30,744 nt of DNA from an uncultured Chloroflexota bacterium (GCA_937864085.1 CALMIH010000165.1:1-30744), one strand, 5' to 3'; positions 1 through 8,664 are shown, numbered from the stretch's first letter. Notes: a model not told the origin generated them from the letters alone. Program-made: numbers and translations.

Positions 1-2
1 AC

Positions 3-995
3 GGAGAGGTTGCGCGTGCGTGCACAGTCGTCAGCATTGACTGGGAAGAACGACCAGCCGCGCCAGTGGCTCGGCTGTGATGGGTGCCGCATCTGCACAT
101 TCATATCGCCAGGCACTGGTGGCACCATGCAGTCGCGGTTCACCGTGAAGCTGCCGTAGAATCCTGGGCGCCAGAATCGCCATTCACCTGACACAGGATA
201 GAAGCGCTGCATCGTCATTCCCCACGTAGCATCCACCGCGGCGTTGTAGCGCGCGTTGTTCTGGCTCCCACTGCTGTAGCCCGGCTCATAGATGCCGCCA
301 CGCGAGTAGTACTGGTTCATGGACGGATGGTCCACCACGTCAAAGCAGCTGCGCTTTGACTTCTTTTTAATCGGCTCAGCGTCACCGTTTTCATCCAGCA
401 CCTCAAGTGGTGCCGTATACGTAGAGCTCTCGCTATCCCACTCAAGGCCCCCGATGCCGTCATCCTCAATGTCGGCGCCAAGACGAATCCTCATCCGCAG
501 CGCGATCGCCGCATTCTCATCCGCGCGTCGCTGACGGCTCCAACTCTCATTGCCCGCAGAACCATTGAGCTGATTGTCGTCGGCGTAGTCATCACGAACC
601 CAGCCTGCCTCTTTGCTGGTGTAGCTCGAGACGCTCCACCAGTTGCGCTCGTTCATCGTCCAGGACCAGGCATTCTGCTTGATCGCCACAGCACCCGCGC
701 CAAGGAGCGCGTCCGAATACGACTCGCTCAAATACTCGGACCAAAACTCCGCCACATGCGTTCGGTAGACATAGGTCTTAAACGCCACCACCTCAACCAA
801 ACCCGTGCGCGTGCGCAGGACGCGAATGGTCTTTGGCGGGGTGATCAGCGAGTCCCAGGCGGTGCACGAGACGGGCGTCTCCGCGGCGGCTGTGCTGGAA
901 GGTGCAAGGGTTGCTGGGAGGAGCAGGGTCGCCCCCACAAGGAGCGCGATCAGCGCGCGGCGCGTACGTCCTTCACGGACTCGTGTCGGCTGCAT
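3..995 (-). CDS. Secreted SpoIID/LytB-like putative peptidoglycan lytic transglycosylase (partial; runs off the left edge)
   Basis: Hand translation from ATG 995 is open to the edge: MQPTRVREGRTRRALIALLVGATLLLPATLAPSSTAAA (signal peptide), VEVVAFKTYVYRTHVAEFW...SDALLGAGAVAIKQNAW, then SCFDVVDHPSMNQYY and NAAVDATWG. These resemble the SpoIID motifs Yl.gV..aE, eALkAqAva, fD..D...QvY and AV.aT.G. Not in the ORF track because it has no stop in the window. Confidence 0.65.
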   Translation of the reverse strand, partial: MQPTRVREGRTRRALIALLVGATLLLPATLAPSSTAAAETPVSCTAWDSLITPPKTIRVLRTRTGLVEVVAFKTYVYRTHVAEFWSEYLSESYSDALLGAGAVAIKQNAWSWTMNERNWWSVSSYTSKEAGWVRDDYADDNQLNGSAGNESWSRQRRADENAAIALRMRIRLGADIEDDGIGGLEWDSESSTYTAPLEVLDENGDAEPIKKKSKRSCFDVVDHPSMNQYYSRGGIYEPGYSSGSQNNARYNAAVDATWGMTMQRFYPVSGEWRFWRPGFYGSFTVNRDCMVPPVPGDMNVQMRHPSQPSHWRGWSFFPVNADDCARTRNLS

Positions 996-1001
996 GCAGA
1001 C

Positions 1002-1007
1002 ATAGTA
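1002..1007 (-). promoter_or_regulatory. Putative -10 box (TACTAT), leaderless start of the SpoIID-like gene
   Basis: Minus strand reads TACTAT-gtctgc-ATG (6-nt spacer) with no Shine-Dalgarno. Confidence 0.55.
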
Positions 1008-1033
1008 GCGGCGCAGCGAAGAAGCGCCCAACG

Positions 1034-2629
1034 CTACGAGGTCGCCTCTGGCCCCCCCTCGGCATCAAGAATGCGCAGCGCTAGCGAGAGGGCGAGACGG
1101 AGATCCGCCTCGCGAAGGTCCCAGCCGGTCAGCTCTTCAATGCGCTTGACGCGATACGCGGTGGTGTTGCGGTGCACGCCGAGCGAACTGCTCGCCTCTG
1201 CGGCGCCTGGTGTGTCCAGAACGGCGCGCAGGGTGGCGATGCGCTGCTTCCGTGCGGCGGGGGTGCCATTAAGGAGCGGCTCGAGCAGCGCCAACGCCTG
1301 ACGGCGACCATCTGGAATGGCGGTGACGGCGCCAAGAAGTCGATGTGCGGGGAGGAGATCGGCGCGCACCACCTGTGCGCCGCCACTCCCGCTCCGGCCG
1401 CCCACGCGGCGCTCAAGCGATTCCAGCGCGTCGCGTGCCTCCGCCTCTGCCGCAGGACGCGCCGCGGGATCAGCGAACGGCTTCGAGACGGCAACTGGCC
1501 GCACGAGTCGCTTAGCGATCTTCTTGGCGATCTCTTGCGCGCCAGGATCTGACGCGTCCGCAACCGCGATGATGCGCACCTCGAGTGACTCGTTGCTGCC
1601 GCGCAACATGAAGCGGCGCGGGCCGGCGAGGAGTCGCAGCTCACGTCGTAGCGCTGGAACATCTGCCTCATGCGGTCGCGGTTGGCGCGCCGCAATCGCC
1701 ACCCATGGCGGCCCTTCAACGGGAAGCGTCCGCGTCTCTCCGCGTCCAGCATTCGCCGGCAGCTCCGCCGCCACGCGGACAATTTCTAACGCCAATAGTG
1801 GCGCCACGCGCTCACAGGCAATGCGGTCACGCTCGCCGACCGGCTCATCGCCGAGCAGCACAATGGAGCCTGGTCGCTCATCCGCGTCATCGCTGAGTGG
1901 CGACTCTTCGTCCTCTGCGCGCTCGCCGTCGCCGTGTCGCTCCGTGTCAGGCGCGCCAGGGACGGCGGGGAGTGGGATGCGCTGCCCTTCGGCGCGATGC
2001 TTCCCTAAGTAGCGCGAGACCGCCTTCGCCGCGGCGGCGCTTCCTGGGAGACCGGCCGGCGCCACCACGGCGAGCGACGCGCCACCGCGCGCCTCCAGCG
2101 CCACCGCGCGGCCAATGAATGCGGCGAGTGCGCCGATCAGCGCATCCAAGCCTTGCCCATCTAACGCGAGTGCGGCGATCTGTCGCTCCAACGCCACCGC
2201 TTGCCGCTCCAACTCGGCGCGCCGATTCACCACCGCGCCAATCAAGCTGCGCTCCAGCTGCGCCGGATCCGCACCGCGCACCAAGAGGCATGGGAGTCGC
2301 GTCACCGCCGCCGCGGTAACGAGGTGCTTCAGCGCCGCGTCTTCATCCTTATTTGCTCCTTCGGATGTAATCGCGAGGATGCCCGTGGCGTTGTGATCGG
2401 CAAGGTACTCCACCATTTCGCGTCGCGCCGCCTCGTCTGGCGCCACCGCGCGCAACGTGTTGAGCGGAATGAGCGCAAGATCACCCGCATCCATGCCATC
2501 AAACGCCGGCAACCTCGTCCGTAGAAGTCGCACCCAGGTGACAGTGCGCGCCATCGCTTCAGTGCGCGCGTCCACCAGTGGCTCCGCCGTTGGGAGGAGC
2601 GTCTGGATGAGTTCGCGCAGTGATGCCAT
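1034..2629 (-). CDS. PucR/CdaR-family transcriptional regulator
   Basis: N-terminal PucR-like segment (VTWVRLLRTRLPAFDGMDAGDL). C-terminal HTH signature LRAVLD...AAEASSSLGVHRNTTAYRVKRIEELTGWDL. Confidence 0.9.
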   Translation of the reverse strand: MASLRELIQTLLPTAEPLVDARTEAMARTVTWVRLLRTRLPAFDGMDAGDLALIPLNTLRAVAPDEAARREMVEYLADHNATGILAITSEGANKDEDAALKHLVTAAAVTRLPCLLVRGADPAQLERSLIGAVVNRRAELERQAVALERQIAALALDGQGLDALIGALAAFIGRAVALEARGGASLAVVAPAGLPGSAAAAKAVSRYLGKHRAEGQRIPLPAVPGAPDTERHGDGERAEDEESPLSDDADERPGSIVLLGDEPVGERDRIACERVAPLLALEIVRVAAELPANAGRGETRTLPVEGPPWVAIAARQPRPHEADVPALRRELRLLAGPRRFMLRGSNESLEVRIIAVADASDPGAQEIAKKIAKRLVRPVAVSKPFADPAARPAAEAEARDALESLERRVGGRSGSGGAQVVRADLLPAHRLLGAVTAIPDGRRQALALLEPLLNGTPAARKQRIATLRAVLDTPGAAEASSSLGVHRNTTAYRVKRIEELTGWDLREADLRLALSLALRILDAEGGPEATS

Positions 2630-4101
2630 CAGGCGGATACTGTACGGGCGTCGTCGCCTGGCGCGCTCAGCGTTGCCGCAATGCGGCGCAGCAGTGGCGC
2701 CGCCTGCTCCGCCCGCGCGCCGCGCTCCAGCAGCAGCGCCGCCTCGGCATGCCCCCGGCTTGGCCGGATGCGGATCCAGAGTCGCGCGCGTGGTCGGCGC
2801 AGCGTTAGCGTAAGGCCGATGATGATCAGCGCCGCGGCGAGCCAGACGATCAGCGCCGCCGGATCGCGCCGCGCAATGATCCCCGTGTAAGAGCTCAGGT
2901 TGTTGAGGCGCACGCTGAAGTTCGCACCTGGCGCACTCGCCGTCTCGCCTGGCGCCAAGACCGAGACGAAGAGGGTGCGCAGCTCACTACTCCCCGCACT
3001 CACCGGCTCACTCGCGACGACCAGGACTGCTGGGGCGCCGGCGGCGTCGCGCTGCAACAGCAGCTCAACCCCCGCGCTACTCCCAGGGATCGGCAGCGTT
3101 GCATACGGCGCCCCTTCCACTGTTGCGGTGAACGGCGCCTCGCCAGACCAGAGCAGATCTCCCGTAGCGCTCGTGATCTCGAGCGCCGCAGATGGCCCGA
3201 AGAAGTTCTGATGGAAGCTCCACCCGTCATACATGAGTGGCGTGTTCACACGCACGATCTGCTGTGCAACCTCCACGCCATCCTGATAGACGGCAAGGTC
3301 CGTTGCAAAGTCGGCGAACGCACCAGTCTCCGTGCGCGGCGCGCTAAAGCCACGGTTCTGAATCACCAGGCCGCCCTCTGATCCAATCTTGCCAACAGGG
3401 AGCGCCTCACCGTTCGTCAGTAGAATCCCCTGCGTGTACCCAAGTATCCCAGAGAGTGCAGCGCCAATCAGTAGCAACACGAGTCCTGTGTGCATCACCA
3501 GCGTGAATCGATACGAGCGACGGAACTTATCGCCATGAATGATTCTTCCGCTCGTGTTCTCAGGATCGGTGACAAACTGCGCATCCCAGCCGGCGGCGCG
3601 CATCTCGCGCGCAACTCGCTCCGCCGCGTTATCCACCTGCTGTGGACCGACTGGCGCCGCAAGTACAATCTCACCGCGTCCAGGGAGTGACGCGTCAAAG
3701 AAGGCGCTCGGCTGCTCCACACGACTGCGCGCCGTCACCGCGCGAATCTTCGGTAAGCGATCCAGCGTGCAGACAACGATGGAGACAGTCAGCAAGACGA
3801 GCAGCGCAGAGAACCAGGGCGCCGTGAAGATGCGGAAGAAGCCGAGCCGCTCAAAGAGGTCGGTGAGCGGCCCAAGGGTTGGCGCGTAGGCGGCGCGGAG
3901 CTTCCCCATCTCCAGCGCGTAGTCGGAGGCGCTGAGGAGCGCGTAATCCGGGAGCTGCTTCAGCGCCACCCCCACGCTCGCCGCCAGGGCGATCGCGGCG
4001 ATCTGGACCATGGCGAACTGCACGTTCGCCAAGAGGGCACGAACTACGGTGAGTGGTCCTCTGATCACCTGCTGATGGTAGCCTTCGCTCCGCTTGGACA
4101 T
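2629..4101 (-). CDS. resB: Cytochrome c biogenesis protein ResB/Ccs1 (system II)
   Basis: N-terminal TM helices, G...IF.APWF..LL.LL..S..VCTL.R motif, conserved His in MHTGLVLLLIG, IVRVNTPL.YDGWSFHQ, C-terminal YTGIIARRDP plus TM helix. Stop overlaps the next start (TGATG). Confidence 0.88.
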   Translation of the reverse strand: MSKRSEGYHQQVIRGPLTVVRALLANVQFAMVQIAAIALAASVGVALKQLPDYALLSASDYALEMGKLRAAYAPTLGPLTDLFERLGFFRIFTAPWFSALLVLLTVSIVVCTLDRLPKIRAVTARSRVEQPSAFFDASLPGRGEIVLAAPVGPQQVDNAAERVAREMRAAGWDAQFVTDPENTSGRIIHGDKFRRSYRFTLVMHTGLVLLLIGAALSGILGYTQGILLTNGEALPVGKIGSEGGLVIQNRGFSAPRTETGAFADFATDLAVYQDGVEVAQQIVRVNTPLMYDGWSFHQNFFGPSAALEITSATGDLLWSGEAPFTATVEGAPYATLPIPGSSAGVELLLQRDAAGAPAVLVVASEPVSAGSSELRTLFVSVLAPGETASAPGANFSVRLNNLSSYTGIIARRDPAALIVWLAAALIIIGLTLTLRRPRARLWIRIRPSRGHAEAALLLERGARAEQAAPLLRRIAATLSAPGDDARTVSA

Positions 4102-4148
4102 GCGGTCGAGGCGAGGCGAGCGGCAGATCCGCTCACGCTGGAGGAGAT

Positions 4149-4625
4149 GTGGCGAAAGGTCAGGAACGCGCCGGGCTCGACGAGCTTGATCGTCGTCTCA
4201 TGGAAGTGCTCCAGGTTGACGGCCGTCGCCCGTTCACCGAAATCGCCACCGCGTTCGCCGTCCCAGAGTCCACCATCCGCGCCCGCTACAAATCGCTCGT
4301 CGATCGCGGCGCACTCAAGGTGATCGCCGTGGCAGATCCGCTGAAGGTTGGCTACCCACTGATGGCGATGATCGGCGTGCGCTGCACCCCCGCCGCACTC
4401 TTGGCCACCGCCGCCGCACTCGAGGCGCTCCCAGAGGTGAGCTACTGCGTAGTGGTTGCTGGCGCGTACGACTTACTTATTGAAGTTGTCTGTGAAGACA
4501 ACGATGCGCTACTCACCTTCCTCACTGAGCGACTTCGCGCGATTGAGGGCGTCCTTGAGACAGAGACGTTCGTCTATCTGCGCATCCTCAAGCAGAACTA
4601 CGAGTGGGGCACCGCAACGCCGTAA
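4149..4625 (+). CDS. Lrp/AsnC-family transcriptional regulator
   Basis: LDELDRRLMEVLQVDGRRPFTEIA HTH, ADPLKVG and VSYCVVVAGAYDLLIEV RAM domain. SD GGAGGAG precedes the GTG. Confidence 0.93.
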   Translation: MAKGQERAGLDELDRRLMEVLQVDGRRPFTEIATAFAVPESTIRARYKSLVDRGALKVIAVADPLKVGYPLMAMIGVRCTPAALLATAAALEALPEVSYCVVVAGAYDLLIEVVCEDNDALLTFLTERLRAIEGVLETETFVYLRILKQNYEWGTATP

Positions 4626-4654
4626 CCGCGCGCGCGTGTACACCGCGCTCCTGA

Positions 4655-5449
4655 TTACGAGTTCGCGCGCGACTTCCTCCAGCCAACGAGCGCCGCGCCG
4701 CCAACCCAGGCGAGCAACACCGCAAGGATGATCTTCGGTAGTTCATGCACCCATCCGTCGCCACCGTGCCCCTCACCGTCATCAACAGGTCCAGGCCCTG
4801 GAGCTGGCGCAAAGAGCGGCATCGGCCCAGCAACACTTCCATCTGGAAGGAGGCAGGTCACCACCATCGGATCGGCGGGGTCAACGTCTGGTGCACACGG
4901 TTCAAGGCCCGCGATGAAATCTTCGTACCACTGCTCGTACATTGCGCCCCAATCGGGGTCGTCCGTCCCTGGCGCGCCTGAAGCTCCCGGGATCACGTCG
5001 CTAATTGGCAGAACGCCACCAGGTACGCCGCCGAGTGCCTCAATGAATCTCAACGACTCAGGTGCGTCGGCTGGAAGTGCATCTCCTTCTTGTCGATCAA
5101 ACGTCGCGTCACCTGTCACCGGGTCTACAAGGTAAACAAACGTGTGGCGGCTGATGCAGCCAGCCTGACAGTCACCCCAGCCATGGATGTACGTGACCAC
5201 CCAAGTTGCACCGCTCCCTGGGTCGCCCTTCACTTCAAAGTATTGCGATGCGCCGATCAGGCCGCCGTCCAAGAAGACGAAGTCATCAAACGGCGCTCCG
5301 GTAGCGAGCACCGCCTCATGGGCCTCCGCAGGGGTGTCAATCGGCAGCACGATGCTCCCTTCACCATGGGCCCGAACTGGGAGGGCGCCGGCGAAGATCA
5401 GCACAACCGCAATCAGCGCTCCAAACCCACCAATTCGTCTAACTCGCAT
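4655..5449 (-). CDS. Hypothetical secreted, C-terminally membrane-anchored protein
   Basis: SD GAGGTG, signal peptide ending ALPVRA, GWGDCQAGC motif, Pro/Gly/Asp-rich linker, C-terminal TM helix plus basic tail (WRKSRANS). Confidence 0.8.
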   Translation of the reverse strand: MRVRRIGGFGALIAVVLIFAGALPVRAHGEGSIVLPIDTPAEAHEAVLATGAPFDDFVFLDGGLIGASQYFEVKGDPGSGATWVVTYIHGWGDCQAGCISRHTFVYLVDPVTGDATFDRQEGDALPADAPESLRFIEALGGVPGGVLPISDVIPGASGAPGTDDPDWGAMYEQWYEDFIAGLEPCAPDVDPADPMVVTCLLPDGSVAGPMPLFAPAPGPGPVDDGEGHGGDGWVHELPKIILAVLLAWVGGAALVGWRKSRANS

Positions 5450-5537
5450 GCTGCACCTCGTTTGATTGACCTAGCGAAGTGTTCGCCCTCTTACGTAACG
5501 CGCGGAGGCTGCGTCTGGTTCCAGCGCGCGTGGCGCG

Positions 5538-5614
5538 TGGTCGGGGCGGGGGGATTCGAACCCACGGCCTCCTGCTCCCAAAGCAGGCGCGCTACCAAGC
5601 TGCGCTACGCCCCG
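5538..5614 (-). tRNA. tRNA-Pro (anticodon TGG), 77 nt, CCA encoded
   Basis: Cloverleaf CGGGGCG TA GCGC AGCTTGGTA GCGC G CCTGC TTTGGGA GCAGG AGGCC GTGGG TTCGAAT CCCCC CGCCCCG A CCA. C1-G72 and A73 match tRNA-Pro identity elements. Confidence 0.98.
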
Positions 5615-5621
5615 TCGCGCC

Positions 5622-5664
5622 ATCCTAGCGTGCCGCGGCGTGAAGCCCCTGATGGTGGCATCAT
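5622..5664. promoter_or_regulatory. Divergent promoters: TAGGAT (minus, 5622-5627) for the tRNA and CATCAT (plus, 5659-5664) for the LCP gene
   Basis: Each hexamer is 7 nt from the tRNA 5' end or from ATG 5672 respectively. Confidence 0.5.
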
Positions 5665-5671
5665 CAGCGCC

Positions 5672-7261
5672 ATGCCTCCACGATCTCACCTCTCACTCCT
5701 TCGTGGGCCACTCGGCGCCGCCTACGCCTCGGCACTGATCCCGGGGCTCGGCCAACTCCTGCGCGGCCAGCGCCGTGCCGCACTCTTTGCCGTCTCCCCC
5801 CTCCTCCTCATCGCACTGATCGTCCTGCTGAACGCTGCGAGCGTTGGCCTGGTCAGTTACGCCGCAACGTTCGCAGCACCGGGTCGCCTGGCGCAGCTGA
5901 CACTCCTTCTCTTGCTGATGATTCCGTGGCGCGCCGCGGTGGTGCTGCATGCGGCGCGCGGCGCCGAAGTGCGCAGCGGCGAGCTGCGTGGTGGCGTTCC
6001 GCTCCTCCTCGCCCTGGCACTCCTCATCTCCGCCGCGCCACACGCTGGCGCCGCGCTGATCACTTCACGCGCTGGCAGCACCGTGGATGATGTCTTCTCT
6101 GGCTTCGAGTCTGCCGCGCCTGGCAATTCGAGTGGACCAACACCAACTCCGCCGCCAATCGGTGACCGATTCACCATCCTCTTGGTTGGCGCCGACGCCA
6201 TGGGACAGCGCACCTCGTTTAATACAGATTCAATGATCATCGCCAGCTGGGATCGCGTCGGTGGCTGGGTCAGCACCATCTCGATCCCGCGCGACATCGT
6301 CAACGTGCCCATGGGGAACGGCGACGTCTGGGAGCCAAAGATCAACTCACTCTGGCCATCTGCGCAGCGCAACAAGACGCTCTTCCCAGAGGGGCCGGCC
6401 GTTGCATTGAGAAAGGCGCTCGGCGCGATGTTCGGCATCACGATTGATGCAACGGCCGTGATCGTGATTCCAACCTTCCGCCAGCTGATTAACGACATCG
6501 GCGGTGTTGATGTGAACATCCGGCGATCCATCTTTGATCCGTCGTATCGCACTGGTGATTTCCGCGGCGTGACGCTACCGAAAGGGAACTGGCACCTGAA
6601 TGGCGATTGCGCGCTCGCCTACGCGCGCGTGCGCAAGGCTGCAGGAACTGATGACTTTAATCGTGGTGGCCGTCAGCAGGAGCTCCTCGTTGGGATCCGC
6701 AATCAGCTCGCCGCAAGTGGCAACATCTTGAGTAACGGACTCGCCCTCCTCACAGCACTCGGCGACGGCGTCCGCACCGACCTCAACCAGGCGCTCCTCC
6801 CAACGCTCGCTGAGGGAGCGCAGGCGTTTGATACGTCGCGCGTGGTGAGCGCGCAGATGCGCGCAGGCGACGGACTCCTCCGCTACCGCCGCGCCGATGA
6901 GCCGAGCGCGTATGGCTCCGTCGTCTTCTTCAACGCGAAACGCGCGCTCCAACTCGGCGCACGACTCTTCCCAACACCCGGAACTCGCCCATACGGCTGG
7001 CCAGTGGCGAAGGGGGAGCCAGCACTTGGGAAAGAGTCACTTCCACTTCCATCGCCATCTGCTGGCGCCAGCGCAACGCCAACGCCCGTCAAGACGCCAC
7101 TTCCTGCTGGCCCATACCAGGCACTCGCCACCTGCAATGCGAACGTCGCCGCGCCGTCATATATCCCATCACCAGACCCAACCTCAGCACCAAGTGAGGA
7201 GCTGAGCGGTGATCCGAGTGCGGAGCCGAGTGCCTCCGAAAGTGCGACGCCTGCGCCGTAA
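5672..7261 (+). CDS. LCP (LytR-CpsA-Psr) family glycopolymer transferase with multi-TM N-terminus
   Basis: TILLVGAD, NTDSMII, SIPRD, ALAYARVRK..DDFNRGGRQQ motifs; N-terminal PGLGQL plus TM helices; P/S/T-rich tail. Start moved from 5090 to ATG 5672 because the longer ORF overlaps the tRNA. Confidence 0.9.
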   Translation: MPPRSHLSLLRGPLGAAYASALIPGLGQLLRGQRRAALFAVSPLLLIALIVLLNAASVGLVSYAATFAAPGRLAQLTLLLLLMIPWRAAVVLHAARGAEVRSGELRGGVPLLLALALLISAAPHAGAALITSRAGSTVDDVFSGFESAAPGNSSGPTPTPPPIGDRFTILLVGADAMGQRTSFNTDSMIIASWDRVGGWVSTISIPRDIVNVPMGNGDVWEPKINSLWPSAQRNKTLFPEGPAVALRKALGAMFGITIDATAVIVIPTFRQLINDIGGVDVNIRRSIFDPSYRTGDFRGVTLPKGNWHLNGDCALAYARVRKAAGTDDFNRGGRQQELLVGIRNQLAASGNILSNGLALLTALGDGVRTDLNQALLPTLAEGAQAFDTSRVVSAQMRAGDGLLRYRRADEPSAYGSVVFFNAKRALQLGARLFPTPGTRPYGWPVAKGEPALGKESLPLPSPSAGASATPTPVKTPLPAGPYQALATCNANVAAPSYIPSPDPTSAPSEELSGDPSAEPSASESATPAP

Positions 7262-7277
7262 CAGGTCTCGGTAACTC

Positions 7278-7883
7278 TTAGCCGAGCAGTTCGGCGCGTA
7301 GTGCCGCCGCAACGAGCGCCGCTGCCTGGCCGCGATGGCTGAGCTGATCCTTCTCTTCTGGTGAACGCTCGGCCATGGTGCGGCCATCAACTTCAAAGAC
7401 CGGGTCGTAGCCAAATCCACCAGCGCCGCGCGGCTCTTCAGTGATCTCGCCACGCCGCTCGCCGCGGAAGATGCGCGGCGGCTCGCTGCTGGGGAGCGAC
7501 GGGTCAACGAGCGCCATGCAACAGACGAATCGTGCGCCGCGTTGCGCGCGCGGGAGCCCGCTCAGCGCGCCGAGCAGCTTCTCGTAGTTCTGCAGATCGG
7601 TTGCATCTGCTCCGGCGTAGCGGCGCGTGTAGACGCCAGGTGCGCCGTTCAGCGCATCCACCTCGAGACCAGAGTCGTCAGCCAGCGTCCAGTGACCGCT
7701 CTGCGCAGCGTAGAAGCGCGCCTTCTGCACGGCATTCTCCTCAAAGGTTGCGCCGTCTTCTGGCGCTTCGTCGCTGATCCCCAAGTCAGCGATTGTGATG
7801 AGGGTAAGGGGAAGCCCACCGAAGAGTCGCTGCAGTTCGGTGAGCTTATGCTTCGACCCTGTTGCAACAAGGAGCGTGCGCAT
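7278..7883 (-). CDS. rdgB: Non-canonical purine NTP pyrophosphatase (RdgB/HAM1)
   Basis: ATGSKHK, EDGATFEENAVQKA, ADDSGLEVDALNGAPGVY, GFGYDPVF and SHRGQA motifs; located downstream of rph. Confidence 0.96.
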   Translation of the reverse strand: MRTLLVATGSKHKLTELQRLFGGLPLTLITIADLGISDEAPEDGATFEENAVQKARFYAAQSGHWTLADDSGLEVDALNGAPGVYTRRYAGADATDLQNYEKLLGALSGLPRAQRGARFVCCMALVDPSLPSSEPPRIFRGERRGEITEEPRGAGGFGYDPVFEVDGRTMAERSPEEKDQLSHRGQAAALVAAALRAELLG

Positions 7884-7919
7884 AGTGCGGCCGACCTGTA
7901 TTTGTGGCGACTGCGCGCC

Positions 7920-8651
7920 TTATCGCGCGCTGTCGACAGTGGCGCGTTGGAAGGCGATCAGTTCGGCGATCCCCTTGTCAGCCAAGGCGAGCATTGCGTC
8001 AAGTGAGGCGCGATCGAACGGCTCCTGCTCCGCCGTCCCCTGCAGCTCTACATAGTGACCACCCTCCGTGGCGACAACGTTGAGATCCACATCGGCACGG
8101 CTGTCCTCTTCGTATGGAAGGTCGAGCACCGGGCGTCCGTCAACAATGCCAACCGAGACGGCGGCGATGTTGCGCGTCAGGAACTTATCAAGCTTCTTCG
8201 CGCGCATGGCGATCGCCAGCGCAATCCAGCCGCCGGTGATGCTGGCGCAGCGCGTTCCGCCGTCCGCTACCAGCACGTCGCAGTCGATCAAGATGGATCG
8301 CTCGCCGAGCTTGGTCAGGTCTACGGCCTGGCGAAGCGATCGGCCGATTAGGCGCTGAATCTCATGGGTGCGTCCGCCGAGCTTGCCGCGTACCGCTTCG
8401 CGATCTGATCTGGTGTTGGTTGCGCGCGGAAGCATGCTGTATTCGGCGGTGATCCAGCCGGTTCCCTTGCCGCGCAGGTGCGGCGGGACGCGATCCTCAA
8501 CGCTGGCAGAGCAGATCACCACAGTGTTGCCTACGGTGATGATCGCCGAACCTTCAGCCCACTTCTGAACGCCGAGCTCCGCGCTCAGCGCGCGCATCTG
8601 ATCTGGTGCGCGTCCATCACCACGTGGGCCGCTTGCGCTTCCGATGCTCAT
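7920..8651 (-). CDS. rph: Ribonuclease PH
   Basis: [64 protein letters not shown]. Confidence 0.98.
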   Translation of the reverse strand: MSIGSASGPRGDGRAPDQMRALSAELGVQKWAEGSAIITVGNTVVICSASVEDRVPPHLRGKGTGWITAEYSMLPRATNTRSDREAVRGKLGGRTHEIQRLIGRSLRQAVDLTKLGERSILIDCDVLVADGGTRCASITGGWIALAIAMRAKKLDKFLTRNIAAVSVGIVDGRPVLDLPYEEDSRADVDLNVVATEGGHYVELQGTAEQEPFDRASLDAMLALADKGIAELIAFQRATVDSAR

Positions 8652-8664
8652 CAGGATCTCCCCT

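Noticed and set aside
4626-4654. GC-alternating run and imperfect palindrome as an intrinsic terminator
   Set aside because: No U-tract on either strand, and such runs are expected at this GC content.
5450-5540. tRNA 3' end as an integration site; TTACGTAA palindrome and GCGAA-gtg-TTCGC hairpin as a LexA box
   Set aside because: I saw no duplicated tRNA 3' end or integrase, and the hairpin does not fit GAAC-N4-GTTC.
5090-5671. 194-aa N-terminal extension of the 723-aa ORF
   Set aside because: It lies antisense to the tRNA and the 5449 gene; the LCP-like sequence and a -10 box begin at ATG 5672.
7030-7261. Pro/Ser/Thr/Ala repeats in the LCP tail as a DNA repeat or CRISPR array
   Set aside because: Ordinary low-complexity protein linker; no constant repeat-spacer periodicity was seen here or elsewhere in the window.
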